A DNA stretch of 64,000 bases from Eutreptiella sp. 'Long Island Sound 2002'. Lineage: Eukaryota; Protista; Euglenida. The stretch covers positions 37,944,001 through 38,008,000 of the forward strand of contig OZ038378.1 in the NCBI GenBank assembly GCA_964036045.1, given 5' to 3'. Shown here in pieces: positions 47,161-58,546 of this stretch. The stretch's first letter is position 1. Each line of letters starts with the position of its first letter. The notes under the pieces are model-generated. The model did not search any database and had not been told where the DNA came from. It worked only from the letters and a program-made list of their open reading frames with translations. The translations under genes were made by a program, and so were the position numbers.

Positions 47161-47889
47161 GCCAGTTGATGCCACGTTGCAGTCCTACGGTCACATCGAT
47201 GTTTCAGACAGTGACGCTTCAGCCTCGTCCTCCAGCTGTAATCTGGTTTCATCCTCTGAGTCGAGCAGTGATGATGACAATTAGACTGACATGATGGTTG
47301 TTCACCTCTGTGAAAAACTTGGTCTTCTGTATTGCATGTCTCAGTTGGGTAGCTGGGTGGGTGGGTGGGTGGGTGGGTGTCAGACCCCCCCCCCCCTGGG
47401 GGGGGGGTGGGACATTTGTCGGTCTGTGGGTATGCCAAAATTCTGGGTGGCTGGGTCCCTGAATTAACCCCCCCCCCCCCTAGGGTGGCTAAGCAAAACA
47501 CTGGTCGCCCCACTGCTTGGGGACGCATCTGCTACTGACAAAAAACCCAAACTGTGTGTTTCTGTCTGACTGACTGCTGGCCTGGCGCAGGGACTGAATG
47601 GCTGACTGTCAACCTCTCTTTGAGGTGCACTGCCGAAGGCAATAGAATTTTAATCAGAGACATCGTTCTCGAGAACAATGTTGCTCAGATTTGGCTAGTT
47701 TTACCCCTCATGTTTCAAGCACATCGTTCTCAAGAACGATGTTGGTAGAACAAACTTAGGCTGGAACTTGCATTGGGAGCTCTTCGCCGGCTCAAGTGCA
47801 TTCCCGATGCTTTCAAGGGCGAACGCCGGTAGTTACACAGAGCGTTCTTCCTTTCCTTGTTTCACGCTTCCACAATCCCACGTGTCGGT

Positions 47890-48085
47890 GTGGCCCTTGG
47901 AGTTGGGGATACGGACTCCAACGCTTCAGCATGTCCCCTTCAGTTGGGGTTACGGACTCCCACGCTGATGGCGTGGCCCCTTGAGTTGGGGATACGGACT
48001 TCCACCCTTTTGGTGTGGCTCCTCGAGTTGGGGATACCGCGTCCCACGGTTTTCGCGTCCTCCCTGGAGTTGGGGATACGGACCC
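47890..48085. repeat. 41-42 bp minisatellite, 5 copies, conserved core AGTTGGGG(A/T)TAC(G/C)G
   Basis: Core at 47901, 47942, 47984, 48026 and 48068, with more variable linkers. Confidence 0.92.
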
Positions 48086-51000
48086 CCCCCCCCCCTTGCC
48101 CCCTTGGCAAGGGGATCTTCAGGCGACGGTTAATTGGGGGGGCGTTAATTGGTGTCGTGAACCGAGGAGGCGCCTCTCCCATTGGCAAAGCTCAAGGAGC
48201 AGGTAGAGCATGATGCTCTTAAATTCCTTTGGCGGACATCACAATTTACTACTATGTCCTAGGCTGGTGGCGAGTTGCATGGCCAAAGTTGTACCACCTG
48301 CAATAATAGCCACCCAGTGTGCGCCTGCCATGGACGAAACATGTGCGGACAGTGATGGAAGTGTTCGGAAAGAGGATAGTGACAGTAGCGGTGATCTTGG
48401 TTTCTCTAGCGCCACTTCTTCTTCCTCGTCATCTTGTGATGCATTCTCACCTTTTGTTGCCATGCTTGTTGTGGGAAAAAGGCGGACGAAGTAGTACAGC
48501 AAGACCTCGAGTTGCGCCTTCAGTACTCAACAACCTTGGGCTAAACGAGGGAAAAATAAGGAGACCGGTTCGCAATTTGTGGCCAGAAGTGCCAAACCGG
48601 CAAGGCAATAGCTTTGACGATTGCCAATGGGTCATGAGGGTTGGGAAGTAGCAGTTCGTTTGAATACGGCCTCCGGTGTCGGCTGAAATTGATCTTGTGC
48701 CCCTGGGGCGGGGCGCGGTCCTTGTATGCTACACTGCCCAGCCCCCCCGCCCCTCAGCTTTGAGGCCATGAGGCCTTGTGGCCATCCGACTTGCTCGTGT
48801 TGCGGGTGCTGCTGGCCTTTGTATTGTCCGTGTTGCGCTATGGCTACGTGGGAATGCCCTTTTAGCCGCAACGGTTGCACAAGGTTTAGAGGCGAGACCG
48901 TGGACGTCCTCACACATGCTTTGCGGGTGCCCTATAATGTCCTTTGCGCTCTTGTGCATCCCATGGGACTGCGACCGGTTTGGGGTCCCCTAGCTCTACA
49001 CGCGCATGCCGCTTCGGCATGCACGAGTTTCATGGGTCGCCATGGAATTCCGGAGTATTATCGTTCGCAACAACGTGCGCACCTTTTGATCAAGCCGCGC
49101 GTGGCAAGGATTGAATGGGTCGGACCACTAGCTCATGGAGCATGCCTGGCGGAGGTGGGAATGGATGTGCTCGTCTTGTGCGTGCGGCCCAAGCGGAGAT
49201 CCACCAAGCATACACCGGAGGGAAGTCCTCCTCATGGCGGATAGGGCTATGGCGGCTCGCCTGGACGGCGGCGGCCTGGGCTGGGGGTGCCTAGTGGTGC
49301 ATGGCTCTTAGGTCCCAGCAATGGTCCACTTGGGCGTGTCCGCCATGTAGTGTATCCCACAGGTGGCGGAATGGGCCACCGAGCTGGATGCATAGGACCT
49401 AGCGGCTTCCCTAGGGGTGCCAGCGTGAAAGGTTCAATGCGCCACCACTGACGCCACATCCGCTACGCTAAGACTCATCAACAGGCGCGTTTTGCTAATC
49501 ATCAACGCTGTTGGCATGTTTATGGGCCAAAAGCCCACTCGGAAAAGGTCCAACAACAACGTTTACCCTTGGACATAGGGATGGTGATCTATAATCTGCG
49601 ACATTGCCTGCCACAAATAGACACATTGTGCCAATTGTAGACACTACATGTTGTAGACGAGATTTTGTTTCCGTGAATGTGTGAAAAAGGATGCAACTCG
49701 ACGAAGATGGCTGGAATTGGGTCAACTTCCAAAAATGCGGTATCACAAATGCAAAAGAGAAATCAAAACACCTTCTACAAAACAGCCATTATGGCCATTG
49801 TATAACAAAGTATGGATTTGTAGTACAACTGGGGGCCCAAGTAGTTGCTTTGCGCTGGCACTACGGTAAGGGTGTCCCAAAAACATAGCAATCATGATAA
49901 TTTCCTATTCAAAATGGCGCCTATAGCCGGCAAACACACAACACACCATTACTCTTAGATTGCGACATTGTTATTTCTACCAAAACCACAACAACATGCT
50001 AGCCATTCATGATCCCCAACCACCTCTTCAGGGGAACTTGGGCACCCCGTAGCCCGGAGAGCAGACAGGTGGTGTATGCCCTACCCATAGGTGCAGCCCA
50101 CACACCCGCACACAATTCCCTTGGCAAAATTTTGCAAGGATGGCTACTCTACCGTGCCAAGGGCCAAGTGTGTGGGTCCACGTGTGCTGCCGAGGAGGCC
50201 TGAAACACGTGGCACTTTCTAAGGTAGTCCAACTGGCCCCAAGCCTTCAGAAGGCTTCACAAGTGGCCGTTGAATGGTGTTTTTTTGTCTTATTTTTAAT
50301 GCTAATGTTTCTAGGTTCAAAGGGAATGGTTCCAAGCCCGCAGCACTTGTGGCGTGCTTTTGAGCGTGCCTCTTGCCGGCACACAGTGCGCTGTTAGCCC
50401 GGTTTGCCTAGCATGATGGTATGAATGAATGTTGCCACGTGACCGCCGACGATCAAAGCCCTCACTCTTAAATTAGGCCGCCGCATCCCATGTTAGTGCC
50501 CGGATGCTTCTGCCCTTTGCGAGGGCAGCTCACTTGGTTGTGCTTTTGTGGTCCGTGACGGTGCACGCCCGTTGGCCATGCCATTGGCTGTGGTCCTTCC
50601 GTCTTCCCCGCTTTGTTCCTTGGTTGCTTCCCGGTACCCTTTTCCTCCTTGATTTTTTTTGTTGCCGTCCTCCGCTGCCGCAATCTATCCTAAGGGCACC
50701 TTGTTGGGCCTTCTTTTGCCGCTATGTTGCGGTGCTACGGGCCTTGGTGTTGCTGTAATGGCACTTTGCAATGTTGTGGTGTGTGTTTGTGCCCGTGCTT
50801 GTGTTGGGGGCTGTTTGAGGGTGGCTCTATACAGCTTTGAGTGACTTTACACGGCTGCGGTTGTCTTCGTGTGGCTCTGGGTAGCGCTATGGAGCTGTGG
50901 GTGCCTTTGTGTGGCTGCTAGTGGATTCATGTGGCCGTGGACGCCTCTGTGTGGTTGTTGGTGACTCTGCGCGGCGGTGGGTGCTTTTGTGAGGCTGCCA

Positions 51001-51829
51001 GTGGAGCTAGCTTGAGCGGTGGCCACAACCCCAATGTGTTGGGACGTATGGCTCTTTCCTATGGTGGCTCCTCTGCTACTTTGGGGCTGTTACCCTCTTC
51101 TTCACGCCCCTTTGCCAGCTTCCGCCGCTCCGTCAGTTGCCGCCGTCTCCGGTGCTGCTTTTGTTGCTGCCGCTGGCTATGCTGCCGTCTCTCCTGCCGC
51201 TTGTGGTTTTGTTATTGCTACGATGTCATGAATATTCTCATCTACAACATTACATGCAAGTTGTTGTTGCCAAAAAAAAGTCATGGTTGGCATATTGCCA
51301 TGTGTCTGTTTGTGTTGCTTGTGCATATAGTACATGTATTTTGGGATGTTTGTGTTGCTTGTGCATATAATACATTTATTTTGGGAAGCACGCACAAACA
51401 TCGAATTAGCCACGTGGTGTGCAACCCTGCATGGGACTCTGCTTCTAAGGCCCACGAAACTTTTGGTTACCTTGCAACAATGTTGGGGGTTTTGGGGACG
51501 ACCGTAAGTGCACAATATACATACTTCATAGTGGCAACTTGCGTTCAATACCCATCTAGAAAACGATATTCTTTGTCAAGAAATGCATTTTGGAGTGTTG
51601 CTATGGTACAAAGTCAACATACCACTTGTTGTCAGCAGTGGTTGTCTTCCTAGTTTTGCTATGGATGTGGAACACTTCCTCCACTTCTTGTTCGGCAACA
51701 AGAATTCTGGTGGTCAGTCTGAATTATGAACTTGTGCTAAGCCGGGATGTACTTGTCCGGGTGGTGCCCGCCCAAAGCTTCGGTGATTTTTAGCCGCATT
51801 ACGTGGGCCTAGGGATAGTGCGACGGCAT

Positions 51830-52380
51830 GGCCCCATCGGCAAGGCGGGAGTGCTGTGTTGTGTGGGAGACGCGAAGAGCCGAACCGTATGTGTGGCCGA
51901 GCCAGGCTGAACCATGGGGGCGACGGGTATGGGGGGAGGGGGCGAGACCATGCCCCGGCCAAGTGATACTACATGATAGGTGGACCCGACACTGGGCACG
52001 ACTGGAGGACCTAGCCCGGCTGCACGTGCAAACAGTGACAAAAACCTACATGTTTTTTTGCACATTTTCACCGCACGTTCTCCTTTCTACGTGGAGCACT
52101 TGCTACGGCACGCGGGTGGGGAGATTTGGCCATCAATTTTTGATTCAAAGACAAGTGCGGCCCCCTCCATATGGTCCATCGGAGAAAATACTTGCACATG
52201 TATGGGCTGCACTTGCATCGCAGGACCGTGGTGATTGGGATGTTGTAGGTGATGATGGGGATGTGTGTGCACTTTGTTGCACCAAGTCCAACCCTCAAAA
52301 GTTGTCCATGTGCAACACGTGTCTTGATGTATTCTACAAATTGCATCGGCACGCACTCACGTGACAAGGTGGCAGTCACT
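51830..52380 (+). pseudogene. Decayed exons ending in a PHD-finger-like Cys pattern
   Basis: DVCALCCTKSNPQKLSMCNTCLDVFYK, then a Cys after a 1-nt shift (C-x2-C-x11-C-x2-C-x4-[H>Y]-x2-C). A canonical GTAAGT donor lies upstream at ~51503. Confidence 0.4.
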
Positions 52381-53192
52381 TCATTTCCCTTGTCTTTTCC
52401 CACCAAGCTTGTGTACACTTTAGTTTCCACAGCTATGCACACGAGTGCACACAAGTTGCTACATTTGAGATTGTTTGCAGCCAACAATTTCATAAGTGAC
52501 AGGTGGCCGAAGGAGCAGGGGCATTGCATGTTGTTGAGGGTGTGTAGGCCTGGGTGGCAACCATCGCCGTACATGGCCTTTTGTGTTTTGCATGACATCT
52601 TATGGGAAGGGAAGGTAGCGAGCAACTAAGTGTGTCAAGCTTAGGTAGTTGGGGTGGCCCAATTTTGAGGCCATTTGGAAGGGGTCGGTCCCAGAGCTCT
52701 TCCAAGGGGAGTCTCATGTCAAAGTAGCACATGGTGCAAGGATTCCCCCTCTGTATTCCTTGTGGCAAGGAATGATGACCTTGTGAGCCTCCTCCCCTTT
52801 TGCCGCTGTGAGAGCTGTTGCCCTAGCACAAACCGGCCTCCCTGGCAGGGGGTGTGGACGGGTGCAACCATCAATTCCATGGGGATGAGGTCCGTGGAGT
52901 GGAATGGACAGTTGTTGCATGCAAACCCCTTAGACCACAACGTCCTTGCTAGAAAAACGGGTGTAGTGCATTGGTAAATGACACTAATGCGCGCGGTGCG
53001 GTGCCCAGAGCGAGTGAGGCACCCTCTTTAGCGTGCAATTGGAGCCCCCTCTATTGTTGGTGAGCGATGACCTCCAGGCATTCGCCCTGAAGACACCTTT
53101 TTGTCCCGCTAGCTCCCCAGCCACCAAAGCCCATAGTCTTCAAGCAAACCCTCTCCGGTGGGTGCAACAGTTTGTGGTGCTGCCAAGAGTGG

Positions 53193-53211
53193 CCTAACCC
53201 TAACCCTAACC
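53193..53211 (-). repeat. Interstitial (TTAGGG)~3 telomere-like repeat
   Basis: CCTAA CCCTAA CCCTAA CC. Confidence 0.55.
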
Positions 53212-53699
53212 TGGAGTGGCCCAAAGGTAGGTGCCAGTACCACACCCGCTCACTCCGCTATGGTGTACAACATGACATGGGAAGAAACAAACACTCGTCA
53301 TCCGGGGGCCATTCTGGGACCCAGGCAAAGGTGCCGTCAGCGAGCAAGTGGGAGCCTCTTGTCATATAGGCACGGTACTCGCCATGAGCACAGTGATTAG
53401 CACAGTGGCTTCTCACATGTGAAGTACCCTGCAACTTGCCAGGTACCTAGCCCATGAACTATGGCTCCTTAAAACAATTTCCTCCCGTGTACAAAGCTTT
53501 TTGTACCTTGGTCAGTAAATATCTGCGAATGCATTAGTTGTCTCAAGAGGGAGATTGTACACATCGCACATTGTGCGCGCACATCTCACACACATTCATA
53601 CTATTGGGTGAATTATTGCATTATTTCGGAACTTTACCATTGTTCTTGGGAGCTGGGGGCTTAGGGCAGGAGCATATCTCCACCAAAGGTCCTCATAGA

Positions 53700-55500
53700 A
53701 GAGGAATTCAACACTTGGGCGGATGAAGGCCAGACAGGTCAAGTCGTTCCAACTTCCGTTTCTGGCTTCGGAGGCGGTCTTCGGCTGCTGCAACTCGGAC
53801 CACCATCCACTGAACTCCTAAGTTCGGTTTGAGGATTGCGCTCGCTTCAGACATTGTTTCTCTCCTTCTTCGACTAGGCCTCCTGCTCGGGCTTCGCTCG
53901 GATTGCCTAGAACACGTTGCCTCCGAATGCGGTCTGCCACGTCTTCGCATTACCCGTCGACTCAACATACAACATCATCTCAGCGGTCTCTTCATTGCCT
54001 ATGGAAGCTGGGCAGCAGCAAGCATCGTAGGGAGGATAGGCCGGTCCCGGCATATGTACGCCGGAGTCGGTGTACGTGAATCCGAACTAACGGCGGGTTG
54101 GGACTCAACGGTAACGAGGACATACGCCAGCTTTGGTGTATTGGTGCCAATGGAGAGTATAGGTGCCAGCGGATCCACGTTCTCCATTTGAGTCTCAACA
54201 GCTGCTTGGTAGTTTCTTTTTCCGTTACCAAGTTCTTGCTGTCCTTCGCCCGAGTCACCTTGAATCACAGCCAGTCCCCGAACTCCTGGCACACGTCTCG
54301 TGTAGGCCACTTGCGTTTTCTTCGAAAGTTGATGGGCGGAATGTCCCCGGCAGGAACGCTTCGATGCGGCGAACTGCATCCACAAATTTGCTTGTTGCGC
54401 TTGTTAAGGCGGGGAACGCCACTGTGGTCCGCTAGTCCTTCAGCTTTTGCTGGTCCTAGGGATAAGATAGTATACGAGCGTCCACAGATATCTACGCCGA
54501 TATCGGCGTACGTTCGGGGATGCGATGCCGAGGAGGATACCTCGGCTGCAGCTGTGGAAGCATCCTCAGATTTCGCCGTCCCCTTTTGAATCACTTTTAG
54601 CAGCTCTCTATCGGTGATCTTCCCGACATCTCTCCCCGCATTTGTCAGGTTTCGCATGTGGAAGGTGAAGTATTGCACTAACTTGGAGAACCTGAACTTG
54701 CCACCCCCAACCTGCGTCTCGTGGTGGTCCTCGGCGGCGTCGCAGACCACAGGGTCGGGTGTGTCGGCTCGGAGAACAATGGCTGCTTGGGCCCTCTAAT
54801 AGTAGTCAGCATTTACATTTTCCGTTTAGCCCTCCATCTGTAGTTCCCGCCACACATTGCTCATGGCACTTCCGAAGTTTTGCCCACCGCACAGAAAATA
54901 GGTGCCATCTGGAAAACGTAGCGCGGGGCTGCGGTGCGGTTCGGTTTGCGCAACATATACCACATCAACGGACTTGCGCCGCCAACAGCCAGGAGAGGGC
55001 ACTCGGTATTAGCGTCAGCATACCGCTGTTGTCTTTCAAGTACATGTGGTAGTAAGTTTGTAGCGGCTTTCTCTTGACCAATTCGGTGTACTCGCGCACC
55101 AGATTGTCGTCCAGAACCCTCAGTTGTCCTTTCCGCATTATTCCCTCGCCAGTGGTGAAAACCATGATGGCGTATGAGATCAGGACGTCCCTCTCCTGCA
55201 CCTATGGTGTATGGTGTGAACCTGCTTTGTGCATCAATCTGTGGAGCAGTGGTCACCGCCTCCGTCTTTTTCTTCTTTTTCGGCGTCTTTGACTTTGGTT
55301 TGCTTGCTACCTGCACAACTACGGCTTGTCCGTATTGGCCACCAGCAGAATCGGCGGTCGGTGCCACCCCCCCTGCTTCCGCCATGCTTTTGCCCCAGAA
55401 AACACGAAATACAGGGCGCACACAGCAATGAAAAGGCGATGGAACCATGTTTTTGCTTGCAGCGCACCGTCAAAGGCCCAAAATGTGACTGTTCCGAGCA
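53700..55500 (-). pseudogene. Decayed long ORF of unknown element; weak tyrosine-recombinase-like motifs
   Basis: ORFs 54265-54750 and 53992-54258 are in the same frame, separated by a single TGA. HRLRRTYA at ~54050-54075 and TTGEGIMRKGQLRVL at ~55110-55155. Confidence 0.35.
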
Positions 55501-56560
55501 ACAAAAAACAATTTGTGCCTCCTGTGCTAGATTTTGCCTTCTTAAATCAAATGATAGTTATTTATCATAATTACCTATTAATAAAACTTGCGGAATACAA
55601 GCAGAACAGTAATTCATTCTTGAAAAGGTTTCCGTCACCAGCGTGTGTGCGTGTCCTGTGCGCCGGTAATTCCTGTTACGCTTGCGTCGCGCGTGTTGGC
55701 CTACACCGTACGCTGATTTCGGCCTAACAGATCTCTAGGTATGAATGATCACCTTCTTTCCTCTGCTGCGATCGAGAAATGGATTACGGAAGATCGCTTT
55801 GCGGGCGCCGTGCAGTTTAAACTGTTTAACTGGGCAGCATGGATTCCTGCCCCAACTATTAATTTCTTCCCCATGCACTGTATTGCATGAGCCAGACGAG
55901 CGGTGCGTGGTCTGGGCGAACAAGGATGCCTGAAGTGGTGTACACAGCTCGCTGACCACGAGATTCGGAGCAGTGACTCTGATGGGCCAGAGAACCTACA
56001 GGTTGAGAACTCCTTTGCCCGGCAACTTCCACGCGCTGTGGTTTGAGTATTTCTTGCTGCTCCACTCCTTGCATGGTGACCCCCGTCTGATCAACATTTT
56101 TCTGACTGCAGTTTTTGGGCGAAGAATACTACATAACATACTATGTGTTGGTTGTATTGGGAGCACCTGCTGGGTCGTGGCCTGTGCAGAGTTGTCTCTG
56201 TGCGTAGCAATATTCTCCTTTGCACTACAATCCATCTCGATTTGCTTTGATTTGATTTTCAGTGCATGTACCTGTCATGGGGCCCAAACACCAAAGCACT
56301 GCTTTGCCTGTGGGTTGCGTAAGGACAGCCGTTGTTGAAGCACTAGATCCCCATCTGACCGTCGTGTTTCCTGAATTGGGCTGTGCTGGTGCAAAGGGGT
56401 AAAGGGAATACTCCCGAAATGTTCCCGAAATGCCCACAGAAGCCCTTTAAAGGTCAGGGGAATCTAGAGTGAGTGCCTCAGAGGTGCACACAGTGCAGGC
56501 ACAGACTCAGGGGCCAGAGTGCAGGAGTAGTCAGTGTCAGTTGACTGTTTTCGGGAACAG

Positions 56561-57036
56561 GTCCTGAGCATGTGAAGATGTCGCAGGCACTCCTGAACTG
56601 CAACCATGTCCTGGCCCCGCAGCCCCCGTCACACACCACTATCCCCCTGTCACGGATCACCCTCCAATTCGAGAGCACAGACCTGGAGCTCTGCTACCGG
56701 GCCTACTCCCGGAAGCGCCGCCGCCTCCTACTCCTGCGCTCTCTCGTCCCGTCGGCCCTTTTCCAGCTGCTGTTCTTCATCAGTGACTATGTGACCTTCC
56801 CCCACGAGAATCTGCGGGTGACGGTGGCGGTGCGGGTCCTGCTGGCCGCCCTGCAGCTGTGCCTCTTCGGGCTCACCAAGCTCAACCTCCTGCAGCCCCG
56901 GCAACGCGTGGTCTTCTTCACTACACTGTTGTATGGCCTGTCGTCCCTGACGTTGTTTGGGCTGCAGCGCGAGCACTTGGGCCAGTTAGAGGGTCTGTAT
57001 CTACTCTTTGGGCTGGCCTTCTATGCAGTCCCAAAG
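56561..57036 (+). CDS. Exon of a multi-pass membrane protein resembling the N-terminal TM cassette of class III adenylyl/guanylyl cyclases
   Basis: AACAG acceptor at 56559-60 and high GC3. LQFESTDLELCYRAYSRKRRRL resembles the pre-TM1 'F-x-S-x-x-LE-x-x-Y' motif of membrane cyclases, followed by four hydrophobic segments. AAG|GT donor at 57037, phase 0. Confidence 0.7.
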
Positions 57037-58336
57037 GTCTGCTGTCCTGCGGTGCACCTTTTTGGATGGACCTGGGGTATCTGATGGTTTCGGTCCCCCC
57101 CCAGCCCGGCCTTCTGCCTTCTGACCGCACGACATTTGTTAGCCATCAGGCAGTATTCCACCACGAAACTGCGCTTCTCCTGATCACCACAGACGACCTG
57201 CAGCAACATCAGCAGGTCACACACAAAAGGCATGGCACTGGACGCTGGTTATACTGCCAGCCTTTGTGCAAAGTGACCTGCCAATATTGGTGGGGGTTGT
57301 TTGCGGCGCCATGTGCCAACTGGGCGATGTGGTGCTGTTTCCATCGCCTTTTTGGAACTGCTCTATTGAAATGGTGATCAAGCAACTGGGGGTCTCCTAC
57401 CCCTGCTCCACGTGCAGCCCCCCCCTCCCCCACCACCACCACCACCCCCAGCAGCTGAAAGGGGGCATAAAGCGTGCTGCGTGCGCTGTGCAGAAAGTTT
57501 GTACAGGACCATACACATGGACACACCTACAACATTCCTTTGTCCTAAATTGCCAAACTGGTGCCACCACTTGACAATGTTCAAGATTGCAACGACAGGG
57601 GCGATGTGCAGGAGCGTGATCAAGTTCTCCCACGGGTTTGGTGGTGGGCGGAAGTACACTGCGAGCGTGAGGTACCACAGAACCGCGACCCAACTCGCGA
57701 CAAAAGATGAGAGGAAGTTCAATGGCGAGACCTATAAATTGTGCAACATAAACGAGACCATAGCCGATAAAGAACCACAGGCTCCAACTTTCGAGGTGTT
57801 TGTTCACAGCACGCACACAATGCGTGCACTGTGTGCTCAGCGCGCATTTTTTCAGGGAGAAACTATACAGGCGATGCTACACCCTCACAACCCCATGTTT
57901 CACCCCAGCTCCACGTCCCAAGCCACCCAATGCCCCAAATTGCAACCTTGACACCACCTCAGAACATACATAGTAAATAGCACATGCACATAAGACAAGC
58001 AATCGGACAAGCAACTTTGTGCCATGAAGGCTCTCACGCAATCGGTGATTCCAATGCGCAGGAAGCGTGAGTTACCTAACACACCGGACTTAATGTTGGG
58101 TAAGTGCCTCGTTGTTGGAATATTTCCACTTCATCATTCTGCTGATGGCACCAAAGGCTTCCACAAGCCTCTGCTCCTTCACCAACGGTTTTGTGCCCTC
58201 GAACGCAGCACCAGTCATGCTTACAGTCATCACCTTGGCCTTCAAGGGGCCAATGTTGATGAGCCCAAGGTTGCGGACCTTCTCTGTTGCCATCCTCATC
58301 AACCTCGCGGCAGCCTTCTCCGCCTTTTTCGTCTAG

Positions 58337-58546
58337 TTGTATTACTATGAGTACTCGGCCCGGGAGCGCTTTGTCCTGCGCAAGCGGCTGAGCCAAGAGC
58401 GCATCAGCATCGCCGTTGCCCGGAAGTTCACGCCAGCGGACACCCGCAGCCGCGGCCAGGCCGTGTTTGTGGGGATGTTGACGTGGTCGCTCCTGACGAC
58501 CGCTTGTTGGACCTCGATCCACGAGCTCCTCATGGCCCCACTCAAG
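58337..58546 (+). CDS. Downstream exon or exon part of the same membrane protein
   Basis: LYYYEYSARERFVLRKRLSQERI resembles the post-TM6 'E-x3-R-x2-F' helix of membrane cyclases. AAG|GT donor at 58547, phase 0. The 5' boundary is ambiguous (see the finding on the TAG at 58334). Confidence 0.62.

Larger units (their letters stand above)
46476..47520. mobile_element. Probable larger TIR element enclosing the hairpin and an 88-bp tandem repeat
   Basis: CCAAGCAGTGGGG (46476-88) and CCCCACTGCTTGG (47508-20) form a perfect 13-bp IR. An internal IR CCAG.GTTTTGCTTA..CCCT(A)G(n) lies at ~46697 and ~47480-47505. No TSD identified. Confidence 0.5.

Noticed and set aside
47890-48085. CRISPR array
   Set aside because: The repeats are degenerate, the linkers are only ~12-20 nt and partly similar, there is no leader or cas gene, and the context is eukaryotic.
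57480-57720. Minus-strand LINE zinc-knuckle-like fragment (LYKLSAQRTQHALCPL)
   Set aside because: Only half of the C-x2-C...H...C motif is present and the frames are inconsistent; insufficient support.
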